This document shows positions 29,526 through 39,220 of a stretch of 64,000 bases of DNA, in pieces (the first letter of the stretch is position 1; each line of letters begins with the position of its first letter). The DNA is from an uncultured Roseivirgaceae bacterium (GTDB lineage Bacteria > Bacteroidota > Bacteroidia > Cytophagales > Cyclobacteriaceae), in assembly GCA_964521255.1 (NCBI GenBank), contig CAZFRM010000021.1:8772-72771 (forward strand). Reading direction: 5' to 3'. The position numbers and the translations under genes are program-made. The notes below the pieces were generated by a model. It ran no database searches, had not been told where the DNA came from, and saw only the letters and a program-made list of their open reading frames with translations.

Positions 29526-30647
29526 ATGGAATTGAGAAAAGTAGCCCTTATAACAGGGATAACAGGTCAGGATGGCGCTTATTTGGCCGAATTGCTCCTT
29601 GAAAAGGGATATATTGTCCATGGAATTAAGCGAAGAAGCTCCCTACTAAACACCGAAAGGATAGATCATCTCTATCAGGATCCACATGAAAACAACATCC
29701 GATTCAAGCTTCATTACGGTGATCTGACTGACGCCACAAATCTGATCCGAATCATTCAAGAGGTGCAACCGGATGAGATCTATAATTTGGGCGCAATGTC
29801 TCATGTAAAAGTTAGTTTCGATGTTCCGGAGTATGCAGCAAATACAGATGGTATTGGTACACTGAGAATTTTAGAAGCTGTGAGGTTATTAAACCTGATA
29901 AAAAAGACAAGGATTTATCAGGCTTCCACTTCTGAGCTTTACGGGTTGGTTCAGGAAGTACCTCAAAGTGAGACAACCCCATTTTACCCCCGCTCACCGT
30001 ATGCTGTAGCTAAACTTTATGGATATTGGATAACTGTCAATTACCGGGAAGCTTACGGTATGTATGCGTGTAACGGAATTCTTTTTAATCACGAAAGCCC
30101 ATTGAGAGGAGAGACGTTTGTAACCCGGAAAATAACACGGGCTGTTGCCAGAATTGCCTTGGGGCTACAGGAGAAACTGTTCCTGGGGAACCTCAATGCT
30201 AAGAGAGACTGGGGGCATGCCCAGGACTATGTTGAAGCAATGTGGTTGATTTTACAACAAGAAAAGCCAGAGGATTATGTAATAGCTACCGGGATTACAA
30301 CCACTGTACGTGATTTTGTGATTATGGCGTTCCGGGAAATAGGGGTAGAACTTGAGTTTAAAGGTGAAGGCCCTAACGAAAGGGGACGTGTTAGCTCAAG
30401 CAAAAACCCTGACTATTTGATTAAACCTGGTACTGAGGTGGTTGCGGTCGATCCGAACTATTTCAGGCCAACTGAAGTTGATTTGCTCATCGGAAATCCT
30501 ACTAAAGCAAAAACAAAACTTGGATGGACTCCGAAAAGAACAGTTCAGCAGATGTGCGTGGAGATGGTTAAGGCCGATCTGAAATTATTCGAGCGCGATA
30601 AGCTTTTACTTTCTAATGGTATGGGAATTTTAAAGAATGACGAGTAA
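29526..30647 (+). CDS. gmd: GDP-mannose 4,6-dehydratase
   Basis: '[51 protein letters not shown]...STSELYG...YAVAKLY...[17 protein letters not shown]'. The start is at the internal ATG 29526. Confidence 0.95.
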   Translation: MELRKVALITGITGQDGAYLAELLLEKGYIVHGIKRRSSLLNTERIDHLYQDPHENNIRFKLHYGDLTDATNLIRIIQEVQPDEIYNLGAMSHVKVSFDVPEYAANTDGIGTLRILEAVRLLNLIKKTRIYQASTSELYGLVQEVPQSETTPFYPRSPYAVAKLYGYWITVNYREAYGMYACNGILFNHESPLRGETFVTRKITRAVARIALGLQEKLFLGNLNAKRDWGHAQDYVEAMWLILQQEKPEDYVIATGITTTVRDFVIMAFREIGVELEFKGEGPNERGRVSSSKNPDYLIKPGTEVVAVDPNYFRPTEVDLLIGNPTKAKTKLGWTPKRTVQQMCVEMVKADLKLFERDKLLLSNGMGILKNDE

Positions 30648-31601
30648 ATGAATAAAAGCGAAAAGATATTCATAGCCGGGCATAGGGGAATGGTTGGATC
30701 AGCAATTCTAAGAAGATTGCAAAAAGAGGGATTTGAAAATTTTGCTTTACGAACATCAAAAGAACTTGATCTTAGAGATCAGTCAGCTGTTAAGAAGTTT
30801 TTTGAATCTGAAAAACCGGATTACGTTTTCTTGGCTGCTGCTAAGGTAGGTGGAATACATGCGAACAATACTTTTCGTGCGGAGTTCATTCATGATAACA
30901 TTGTCATTCAATCGAATATAATTCATCAATCGTACCTGAATGGTGTTAAGAAGCTTGCCTTTCTTGGTTCATCTTGTATTTATCCAAAGTTTGCACCTCA
31001 ACCCATTAAAGAAGATTCGCTTCTCACAGGAGAGCTCGAGCCAACGAATGAGCCTTATGCCATAGCCAAGATTGCTGGTATTAAGATGTGTCAGGCTTAT
31101 AATGCCCAGTATGGCAGCAACTTTATAAGTTTAATGCCGACAAACTTATACGGTCCGAATGATAATTATGACTTGCAAAATTCACATGTTCTTCCTGCCC
31201 TTATCCGGAAATTCTATGAAGCTAAGACTGATAATAAGTCAACGGTTGAGATATGGGGTACCGGAAGTCCAAAGCGTGAATTCATGCATGTAGATGATCT
31301 GGCTGACGCTTGCCTTTTCCTTATGAAAAATTACAATAGCCCTGAAATTGTCAATGTAGGAACGGGTGCAGATTTAAGTATTCACGACCTTGCTCTCCTT
31401 GTAAAAGCGAGTGTTGGTTTTAAAGGTGAACTGGTATTTAATACAAACAAGCCTGACGGAACACCCCGGAAATTGATGGATAATTCCAAAATCAAGAGCC
31501 TTGGCTGGTCGCCTAAAATTACCCTCAGTGAAGGTATACGCACCGTTTGCAATGATTATGAAAGAGAAAGAAGCAAAGTCCTTTCCCAATCAATAGAGTA
31601 G
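30648..31601 (+). CDS. fcl: GDP-L-fucose synthase
   Basis: '[19 protein letters not shown]...[12 protein letters not shown]...GSSCIYPK...YAIAKIAG...[10 protein letters not shown]'. It begins immediately after the gmd stop. Confidence 0.95.
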   Translation: MNKSEKIFIAGHRGMVGSAILRRLQKEGFENFALRTSKELDLRDQSAVKKFFESEKPDYVFLAAAKVGGIHANNTFRAEFIHDNIVIQSNIIHQSYLNGVKKLAFLGSSCIYPKFAPQPIKEDSLLTGELEPTNEPYAIAKIAGIKMCQAYNAQYGSNFISLMPTNLYGPNDNYDLQNSHVLPALIRKFYEAKTDNKSTVEIWGTGSPKREFMHVDDLADACLFLMKNYNSPEIVNVGTGADLSIHDLALLVKASVGFKGELVFNTNKPDGTPRKLMDNSKIKSLGWSPKITLSEGIRTVCNDYERERSKVLSQSIE

Positions 31602-31610
31602 GACAAGAAT

Positions 31611-32705
31611 CTATTTATAGCGAGGATCCCTTTTTGCGTATACCATCTTCACCAAATTTTCAAGCTTTGGAAGATTGATAATTCGAATACCCTCACCCAG
31701 TATCTCAATAAGACCCTCATCCTTAAAGTCTGCCAGGGTGCGGTTGAGCGATTCGGTTGCAGTTCCAATCATATTGGATATATCCTTTCTTGCAATAGTA
31801 ATCACCTTCTTTTCGTTGTTGCTACCGGCACTTTGGGAATTGATCTTCAATAATGCTCCGGCTACCCTTTGTCTTACGGATTGATAAGCAAGATCAAGCA
31901 ACCTGTTCTCGGCCTCTATGAGATTATTGGAAAGCATCTTAATAAATTTACGGGCCATGTCCTTACTTGAGTATATAAGGGTAAGAAAATCATTCTTGGG
32001 GATAATGGACACTTCAGCCTCTTCCAAAACCTCAGCACTTTCGGTATGAGGTGTCTCTTCCAGCAGCGGAACATATCCAAGAAAATCACCTGAATGATGT
32101 ATCCCGGTGATGAGTTCTTTGCCATCGTAATTTGCCTTATACGTTTTGATCTCACCACTAATGATGAAATAGAGTTCAGATGGCATCTGTCCCTCCATAA
32201 AGATGAAGTCTTTCTTGCGAAATTTTCTGGTAGGTCTGTTCTCCGATAGTTTTTGGAATTCCTGCAACTCTCTTGCTTTGTTAAAAAAAGTATTTACATC
32301 ATAGAGATCATTCTTATAGGTGGATTTAAGCAGCTCGCTTTTTTTCAACCTGATTTCCACCACTCTAAGCAAGTCAAACCCATCAAAAGGTTTGGTGATA
32401 TAATCATCTGCACCAAGATTCATTCCGGAGCGAACGTCATTCTTTTCAGCTTTGGCGGTAAGAAAAATAAAAGGAATATTAGCCGTTTCAGGATCGCCGC
32501 CTAATATGTGAATTACTCCATAGCCATCCAACTCTGGCATCATTATGTCACAGAGAATAAGATCAGGGTGTTGCTTTTGAGCGATTTCAACCCCGGCTTT
32601 TCCGTTGGGGGCGTGTAATACATTGTAGTGGGCAAGCTTAAGAATACTTGTAATATTCTCAGCCATTTCCTGGTTGTCTTCGATCAAAAGGATAGTTTGA
32701 GCCAT
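31611..32705 (-). CDS. response regulator with REC + cyclic-nucleotide-binding + Crp-type HTH domains
   Basis: 'ILLIEDNQEM...DLILCDIMMPELDG...LTAK' is the REC domain. 'FMEGQMPSELYFIISGEIKTYK' is the cNMP-binding-like part. 'ITIARKDISNMIGTATESLNRTLADFKDEGLI' is the Crp HTH. Confidence 0.85.
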   Translation of the reverse strand: MAQTILLIEDNQEMAENITSILKLAHYNVLHAPNGKAGVEIAQKQHPDLILCDIMMPELDGYGVIHILGGDPETANIPFIFLTAKAEKNDVRSGMNLGADDYITKPFDGFDLLRVVEIRLKKSELLKSTYKNDLYDVNTFFNKARELQEFQKLSENRPTRKFRKKDFIFMEGQMPSELYFIISGEIKTYKANYDGKELITGIHHSGDFLGYVPLLEETPHTESAEVLEEAEVSIIPKNDFLTLIYSSKDMARKFIKMLSNNLIEAENRLLDLAYQSVRQRVAGALLKINSQSAGSNNEKKVITIARKDISNMIGTATESLNRTLADFKDEGLIEILGEGIRIINLPKLENLVKMVYAKRDPRYK

Positions 32706-32755
32706 TTGAGGTTAAAGATAATATGTCCTTAAACCAACAAATTTAATGATCACGG

Positions 32756-33913
32756 CTAATTTTCAATGCCTTTGTATGCAGGAATAACGACAACAAATGT
32801 ACTTCCCCTGTTTACCCGGCTGGTAAATTCAATTGTACCCTTTAGAAGGCGGACATATTTTTTGACAATGTTAAGTCCTAATCCTGTACCATCTATGCTA
32901 TTGACATTCTGCCCCCGGAAGAACCGCTTAAATATCTGGTTTTTTTCATCCTCCGGGATACCCATGCCCTGATCGGTTACACGTATTTTCAAGTTGTCAT
33001 TTTTCAAGTTGATAGCAAGCTCAATTTCCTTTTCAGGAGGCGAATACTTAATTGCATTGCTTAGCAGATTAACTACTATATTCTTCAATAATTGTTTGTC
33101 GGTAACGAATTTGTCATTGTCAGGGCTGTCTTCAAGGGTCATGTGAATGTTTTGCTTCACCTTTTTCAGCGCCGTGATCTCCTCCAATACACTTTCAAAA
33201 AATGGCTTGAGTTCAATATCAGCCGGGGTAACTTTTATTCTTCCTTCTTCAATTTTTCCAATGGACAGAAAATCATTCAGCAGGTCGGTCAACGAGTGCA
33301 CGGCACGCTTAATTTTATCGATATAGGATACTTTTTCCTGTTCGTAGTCGTCTCCTTTATAATTCTCCAGAAGAAACACGGAAGACAAAATTGTACTCAA
33401 TGGTGTTCGGAATTCGTGGGAGGCCAGGGTAACAAATCTTGAGCGAAGAATGTTGAATTCCTTTTCCTTTTCCTGTGCTCTTTTAAGATTGTTTTCCAGC
33501 TTTATTCTTCCGGTGATATTTCGGACAATAACCAGTATTTCATTTACCTCATTCGTGGTTTCGTAAATAGGAGTACTGCTAACAAAATAGGCTTTATTGC
33601 TTGTAATCACCTCATAAGCAATATGCTCTCCTTCAAACGCCCGCTTGAGTTCCGTAGAGGCATACGCGTTTAATGCCGGATGAAATTCAACTGAGATGGA
33701 CTGACCTCGAATAGCCTTAGCGTTTAATCCCAACTCTCCAATCTCTTTGCCATTGACATAAATGTACTCCATGGCTTTGTTGAAAATGCAAATTAAGCCA
33801 TCGGGAAAATGATGCGATATGGTGTCGAGAATCCGTTTGTGCTTTAACAATTGACTCTCCAACTCTCCCATGCTGCTTTTTGAATGTTCACTATCAGTGC
33901 TCATTTTTTTCAA
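32756..33913 (-). CDS. cytoplasmic PAS-domain sensor histidine kinase
   Basis: H-box 'FVTLASHEFRTPLSTI', N-box 'LLSNAIKYS' and G-boxes 'DQGMGIP' and 'GTGLGLNIV'. No TM segments. It lies upstream of, and co-oriented with, the REC-cNMP-Crp gene. Confidence 0.85.
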   Translation of the reverse strand: MKKMSTDSEHSKSSMGELESQLLKHKRILDTISHHFPDGLICIFNKAMEYIYVNGKEIGELGLNAKAIRGQSISVEFHPALNAYASTELKRAFEGEHIAYEVITSNKAYFVSSTPIYETTNEVNEILVIVRNITGRIKLENNLKRAQEKEKEFNILRSRFVTLASHEFRTPLSTILSSVFLLENYKGDDYEQEKVSYIDKIKRAVHSLTDLLNDFLSIGKIEEGRIKVTPADIELKPFFESVLEEITALKKVKQNIHMTLEDSPDNDKFVTDKQLLKNIVVNLLSNAIKYSPPEKEIELAINLKNDNLKIRVTDQGMGIPEDEKNQIFKRFFRGQNVNSIDGTGLGLNIVKKYVRLLKGTIEFTSRVNRGSTFVVVIPAYKGIEN

Positions 33914-33997
33914 CTAACCCATGATTATTACAACGTAGATAGTACCTCTTGTGATTTAAGATCTCTGCCTATTCGCATCTTATAATCTTAAAAAGGC

Positions 33998-34019
33998 AAA
34001 AGCGGGACGAACCCGCTTT
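33998..34019 (-). terminator. putative intrinsic terminator downstream of the small ORF 34052..34249
   Basis: The minus strand reads AAAGCGGG-ttcgt-CCCGCTTTTGCCTTTTT, a GC stem followed by a T-rich run. Confidence 0.5.
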
Positions 34020-34051
34020 CGGAGCAAATAGTTTAGTGCTTTTTGCGGCAG

Positions 34052-34249
34052 TTATTCTATCTGTCTATTCTGATACAAGACTGCTTCCTTGGCCAAATCC
34101 CAGTTTTTGGTTCCGCATTTAAAGATGATTAGTTTAGTACCTGTTACAGTAGTTATCTCTACCCATCCTGACCCGGCCGGACTGCATCTTACATCACAAC
34201 TTTGGCAAGGTAAATCAGCAAACGTTTTTCCGTCCATGACTGCCATCAT
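34052..34249 (-). CDS. hypothetical small protein (65 aa, 4 Cys)
   Basis: The ORF has an ATG start and is followed by a terminator-like hairpin. I recognised no family, so coding status is uncertain. Confidence 0.3.
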   Translation of the reverse strand: MMAVMDGKTFADLPCQSCDVRCSPAGSGWVEITTVTGTKLIIFKCGTKNWDLAKEAVLYQNRQIE

Positions 34250-34545
34250 TATTGTAAAAGACTTTTATCCATTCATTTAAAGGACTCTTTAAACATGAAT
34301 TAAAACTCAACTGTTTAATGCTTTGCAACTCCAGTTAATCCGTTGATTTTCCCCATAAAGTCTTTGATAATCAATTCAATAAGTGGCCAATCACCAATTT
34401 ATACAGGGCCTCCCTTGAAGTATTACTTCCGTAACATAAAATAGGCATACCGTGACCGATAGCCAAAATGAAGCAAAGGATGGAGGAGCAGTAATTCCCA
34501 TTAGCCACCAGCAATGTCATATTTGAGTTGACGGTTCATCCATCG

Positions 34546-34615
34546 CTTGCCCCTAGCCCGCCAGCTGGCGGGGAAACGGCGCGCAGGAATGCCCCTTTAG
34601 GGGTTAGGGGCTGCG
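34546..34615 (+). repeat. GC-rich hairpin-rich element, copy B (related to 6846..6911)
   Basis: GCCCCTA (34549-34555) can pair with TAGGGGC (34605-34611). They enclose the perfect palindrome CCCGCCAGCTGGCGGG (34557-34572) and the CCCC-TTTA-GGGG hairpin (34592-34603). CTTGCCCCTA and GCAGGAATGC are shared with copy A at the same spacing. Confidence 0.35.
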
Positions 34616-34837
34616 TAGGAGACATGAAACTTTATTGTTGACATGACACCCGCATTTAACAGACAATTTCAAGGATGCAAGCTTCTTCCAATTCCAATAA
34701 ACAGACAACTATTCAAGCTGCATTTCTAAAGATAGTTGGTCACTCTATGCATATCCTTTTACCTTTTGCAGGCAAGATTGCCATCTTAGCCTGTAAAAGA
34801 ATTGTATTTTTTCAATATTGCGCTTTCATTAAACTAT

Positions 34838-35851
34838 ATGTCCGGGTCTCAGGAAAGTCTTTTAATCCCCTGCGGGGAAATGAAATCTGAATTTTACAGG
34901 ATATTACTCCAGGTAGGCTTTAGTGACGAAAGGGCAGACACTCTCGCCCAAATTTTCATGGAGAATAGCCGCGATGGAGTTTACACTCATGGCGTAAATC
35001 GCTTTTCCAGGTTTGTCAGTTATTTTAGAGAAGGATGGATAAAATCTGATGCTGAACCAACGCTGATAAAAAATTGCGGAGCGATAGAGCAGTGGGATGG
35101 CCATAGTGGCCCTGGCCCATTAAATGCATTACGCTGTTCTGATCGTGCGATGAAATTGGCAAGGATTAATGGTATTGGATCGGTTACCCTGGCTAATACT
35201 AATCATTGGATGCGAGGTGGAACGTATGGGTGGCGAGCAGCTAAGACCGGTTTCGTATTGATAGCATGGACAAACACAAGTGCCAATATGCCACCGTGGG
35301 GATCTTCTACTCCTAAGCTTGGTAATAATCCGCTCGTACTTGCTGTTCCTTATAAAGACGAGGCTATTGTTTTAGATATGGCAATGTCGCAATATTCTTT
35401 TGGAGCCCTGGAGTTACAAAAACTAAAGCAACAACGTCTGGCTGTGAATGGAGGATTTGATGTGAATGGAAAATTAACGGATGATCCTGCAGCTATTATT
35501 CAGTCAAATAGAGTATTACCGATAGGCTATTGGAAAGGTGCAGGTATGTCTCTTTTACTCGACATCCTGGCTACTATACTTTCAGGAGGACTATCAGTAA
35601 AGCAAATCAGTGAGTGGAAAAGTGAGACTAATGTATCGCAGGTATTTATTGCCATTGATATCAGGCAGCTTCAAAATTTCCAATCTATCGCATCGGCAAT
35701 ACAGGAAATTATTGATGACTACCATACAGCCTCAGATGAAAGGCTTGTAATTTTTCCGGGCGAGAAAGTACTGGCAACACGTAATGAGAACAGCAAAAAA
35801 GGAATTCCTGTACTAAAAAAAATCTGGGAAGAGATTCAGGCTTTGGCTTGA
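34838..35851 (+). CDS. dlgD: Ldh_2-family dehydrogenase, 3-dehydro-L-gulonate 2-dehydrogenase (YiaK/DlgD)-like
   Basis: 'VYTHGVNRFSRFVSYFREGWI...IEQWDGHSGPGPLNA...LANTNHWMRGGTYGWRAAKTGF..WTNTSANMPPWGS...GNNPLVLAVP...GYWKGAGMS' closely follows E. coli YiaK as I recall it. ATG at 34838. Confidence 0.8.
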   Translation: MSGSQESLLIPCGEMKSEFYRILLQVGFSDERADTLAQIFMENSRDGVYTHGVNRFSRFVSYFREGWIKSDAEPTLIKNCGAIEQWDGHSGPGPLNALRCSDRAMKLARINGIGSVTLANTNHWMRGGTYGWRAAKTGFVLIAWTNTSANMPPWGSSTPKLGNNPLVLAVPYKDEAIVLDMAMSQYSFGALELQKLKQQRLAVNGGFDVNGKLTDDPAAIIQSNRVLPIGYWKGAGMSLLLDILATILSGGLSVKQISEWKSETNVSQVFIAIDIRQLQNFQSIASAIQEIIDDYHTASDERLVIFPGEKVLATRNENSKKGIPVLKKIWEEIQALA

Positions 35852-35872
35852 GCGAAGTTTATTGCCTGCAAA

Positions 35873-38797
35873 ATGATTAAAAACAGAATGAGAAAACATA
35901 CACTTTGGTTATTGCTTTTATTTCCACTATCCACTTTCGCTCAGGCAGAGTTCAACCAATTTTATAGTATTGAGAATCTTCTCTCTAAAGAATTAATAAA
36001 AAGCGTAGCGAAAGACAAGGAAGGATACCTTTGGATTGCTACTGACGAAGGTGTTCTGCGATATGATGGATACCAAACTAATCTCTTCTACCGTGAGTTG
36101 CCAAGCCCTTTCACAAAAGGATTTATTAAAAGAAAGAACGACCAGTTCTATGTCGTTAGCGACTTTGGTGTTATAGAAATTGAAGAGGTCAGTGACAGTG
36201 TCCATTTCAAACCACTTTCTATAGGAGGGAAGGTTTACAATGAGCCATTGAATTATCCAAAATCCGCATTTGAAGATAGTCAGGGAAATTTGTGGATTGG
36301 TGAAATGAGTTCCTTAGGTAAGTATTCAGATAATGGAATAAAAAAATTTGACCTGGGTGAAGAATTCCGGTCAATAAATTATCACAGAACATTTTCTTTT
36401 GCTGAAGATGCATTTGGAAATTTGTGGATTGCGCCTTTTAAAGGGCCGCTCCTTTTTTACGACCGCCAAAAAGATGAGCTCGAAAGAATAAACCTTGATG
36501 TAGCGATCACGGAGGTGTGTGGAATTACAAATGTCAGAGGTGACTATTTGCTTATTGGTGGGAGGGAAGGATTGATAAAGGTGAAAGTAGACAGTGACCA
36601 TCGAATCCTTAGCACCGAGCTTATCTCGAATGTAAAAAACATTTCAACTGTTAAATGTATCTACAATCGTCATATTTATGTGGGCACCTGGACGGATGGA
36701 TTGTACTATCAGGATTATTCGATCTCTTCTTCGCTTGAGAAAATATCTTCCGTTGGGTTCAGTGATATTGTCGATTTATACTTCGATTCACTTACTGAAG
36801 AGCTTTGGGTTTCCGGAAGTGAAAACATAGGATTATTCAAATCCTCCATCGTGTCAACCATTCATGCTGTTGGACAAAACAGAATTGAATCAATAGCTTT
36901 CGATGAATCAAACGGAATTTATTACTCCGTTGGAGAGCAAATGTTTTATTTGAACAATGCGCAGGCGACGGAGGCACACCATATACTTTCATCTCAAAAC
37001 ACCTATTTCGAAAGACTTCTTGTTGAAAAAAACAGGGTATGGGTTGGCGATGCATTTGGTGCGATCTTTTACCATGATATCCACACGGGTAAGCAGCATT
37101 ACCTGATGAAGGGAACGGTGAATTTTTCAATTCAGTATTTAATGCAGGACCGATTGGGAAATAAATGGTTCGCCGGTCATTCTAAAGGCCTTATTCGTGT
37201 TGACTCAAAGGATAGTTTAAAAATTTATGAGAACCTCGCCCAATCTGTTCTTACACGCGAGTCAAAAGATCTGGGACTTTTCTGTGTTAGCAATGGAAAG
37301 AAAAACTTGTTGTCAAAGCACGACCCTTTACGTGATGAATTCAATTCGGTGCCGTTGAAGTTTGATTTTGAATGCGCTGAAGATTTAGTATTAAATGACT
37401 TCCAGTTTGATAACCAGAACAACATTTGGTTAGCCTCAGACGAAGGACTGCTGAGAGCAGAATTTAAGGATAATGAATATAGCATTGTAACAAAAGTTTC
37501 AATCCCCGGCTTAAATGAAGATGAGCCGGTTCGTGCAGTTGCCTTTGTTGATGACTACTTGTGTTTTGCCATATCGCAAGGACTTGTCATTTTTAAAGAC
37601 GGTGAATACATATTGTTCACGCAAGACTCGGGTCTTCCTTCCAAAATTTTGCAAGAGCGCGGCATTATGCCTGATCAACAGGGTAATTTGTTTGTCTCTA
37701 CGGCTAAAGGTCTTGCCTTTATTGGAAAAGATGCTATTAAATTCAATACAACCGTCGCACCACACACTACAACCTTACTGATTAACGGACAGGCTATAAC
37801 ATCAGCAGAAGCGATTACTGTTAAATACCCCTATAAGACAAAAGTTGAGGCCGAGTTCAATTCGCTTTCCTATCCTGCCACCAATATCATGTACCAAACG
37901 CGAATTCTTGGTATTGACAGGAATTGGACATTACCTTCAGGCAATCGTACGCTCAATGTGTTGGGTTTTTCCGAGGGAAAATATACAATTGAAATGAGAG
38001 CACGCGAAGATGGCAAACTCTGGAGTGAACCGCGCTCAATCACACTTGAAATTTCAAAGCCCTGGTATCGGACATGGTGGGCGATCGGCCTGTTTGCGGT
38101 TACTGGTTTTGCTACTGTTGTTATTGCTACACAGGTTCATAACAATAATTTAATTCGTCAAAAGAAAAAGCTGCAGAAGACGGTGGATGAACGAACCGAA
38201 CAAATTCATCAGCAAAACAACGAGATAATTGAACAACAGAAAAAATTGATTCAACAGAAGGAAGAATTAATAGCCAAGAATGAAGCTGTATATAAATCAC
38301 AGCAAGCGCTTGTTGAGGCAGACATGAACTACCTGCAACTTAAGGAGAAACAGCTACAGGATCAGATAGAGTACAAGAACAAACAGATCACCACACATGC
38401 GCTGAATATTCTTCAAAAGAATGAAACGCTAAAACACCTCAAGGCACAATTAGAGGAGATTGTGAAAAACAGTAATAAGATTTCTATCGGTGAAATAAGA
38501 AAAACTGTGAAGACCATTGATGAAAGTTTTAAACTGGATAAAGATTGGGATGATTTTAAATTCTACTTTGAACAGATTCACACCGGCTTTTATTCAAAGC
38601 TTAATATCAGCTATCCGGATTTAACGCCACTTGAATTACGTCACTGCGCTTTAATCAGGCTCAATCTAACTCTTGCAGAATGTGCCTCTATTCTGGGTAT
38701 ATCTAACGATAGTATTAAGGTCTCGCGTACAAGATTAAGAAAGAAGCTCAATCTTAATCAAAACCAAAGCCTTACGGATTTTTTAATGGGCATATAG
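35873..38797 (+). CDS. membrane-spanning one-component regulator: periplasmic two-component-regulator beta-propeller repeats + Y_Y_Y domain, TM helix, coiled coil, C-terminal LuxR/GerE HTH
   Basis: Signal peptide. Repeated 'D..G.LWI.T..GL' propeller blades. 'YQTRILGIDRNWT...GKYTIEMRA' is the Y_Y_Y domain. The TM helix is 'WWAIGLFAVTGFATVVIATQV'. A Q/K/E-rich coiled coil follows, then 'LTPLELRHCALIRLNLTLAECASILGISNDSIKVSRTRLRKKL'. Confidence 0.8.
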   Translation: MIKNRMRKHTLWLLLLFPLSTFAQAEFNQFYSIENLLSKELIKSVAKDKEGYLWIATDEGVLRYDGYQTNLFYRELPSPFTKGFIKRKNDQFYVVSDFGVIEIEEVSDSVHFKPLSIGGKVYNEPLNYPKSAFEDSQGNLWIGEMSSLGKYSDNGIKKFDLGEEFRSINYHRTFSFAEDAFGNLWIAPFKGPLLFYDRQKDELERINLDVAITEVCGITNVRGDYLLIGGREGLIKVKVDSDHRILSTELISNVKNISTVKCIYNRHIYVGTWTDGLYYQDYSISSSLEKISSVGFSDIVDLYFDSLTEELWVSGSENIGLFKSSIVSTIHAVGQNRIESIAFDESNGIYYSVGEQMFYLNNAQATEAHHILSSQNTYFERLLVEKNRVWVGDAFGAIFYHDIHTGKQHYLMKGTVNFSIQYLMQDRLGNKWFAGHSKGLIRVDSKDSLKIYENLAQSVLTRESKDLGLFCVSNGKKNLLSKHDPLRDEFNSVPLKFDFECAEDLVLNDFQFDNQNNIWLASDEGLLRAEFKDNEYSIVTKVSIPGLNEDEPVRAVAFVDDYLCFAISQGLVIFKDGEYILFTQDSGLPSKILQERGIMPDQQGNLFVSTAKGLAFIGKDAIKFNTTVAPHTTTLLINGQAITSAEAITVKYPYKTKVEAEFNSLSYPATNIMYQTRILGIDRNWTLPSGNRTLNVLGFSEGKYTIEMRAREDGKLWSEPRSITLEISKPWYRTWWAIGLFAVTGFATVVIATQVHNNNLIRQKKKLQKTVDERTEQIHQQNNEIIEQQKKLIQQKEELIAKNEAVYKSQQALVEADMNYLQLKEKQLQDQIEYKNKQITTHALNILQKNETLKHLKAQLEEIVKNSNKISIGEIRKTVKTIDESFKLDKDWDDFKFYFEQIHTGFYSKLNISYPDLTPLELRHCALIRLNLTLAECASILGISNDSIKVSRTRLRKKLNLNQNQSLTDFLMGI

Positions 38798-38964
38798 TCT
38801 TTATATTTTTAAGGCTAAGATTAATGGCTGGCCGCTTACAGAAAGCTGACGCTCCTTAAAGAGTAGACATGTGTGAAATAGTTAACAGGCAGTTAATTCA
38901 ATCCGTTTCTATCGACTCAAAAACAGGTTTTTCCGGACGCTGATTTCTTCCCATTGAATAGTTT

Positions 38965-38993
38965 TGTTTACCATTTGTTTACCCCTGTTTACC
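38965..38993 (+). promoter_or_regulatory. three direct TGTTTACC repeats spaced 11 and 10 bp apart, ~230-255 bp upstream of susC (candidate operator)
   Basis: The sequence is tTGTTTACCatTTGTTTACCccTGTTTACCgc, with repeats starting at 38965, 38976 and 38986. Confidence 0.35.
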
Positions 38994-39220
38994 GCAAAAT
39001 TTCAATCAATTTCAGCTTTTTATAGGCGATTGTATTGCTTAGTGTACCCTTCAGCGGCTAACAAATTGTACCCTGCATACAATTGACTTCTATCAGATAG
39101 TTTAAAATATTTGGTAACGTTATCGCAATGGTTTTCAATTTTCCATTGTTAATGACATTATCATGGTATTTAATATCATGAGAACTTAAATAGTTAATTA
39201 ACCCATTTAACCTAAAACGT

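Noticed and set aside
39100-39220. Bacteroidota-type promoter (-7 TAnnTTTG) for susC near 'AAAATATTTGG'.
   Set aside because: The spacing does not fit the consensus: TA is immediately followed by TTTG. I could not place a transcription start from sequence alone.
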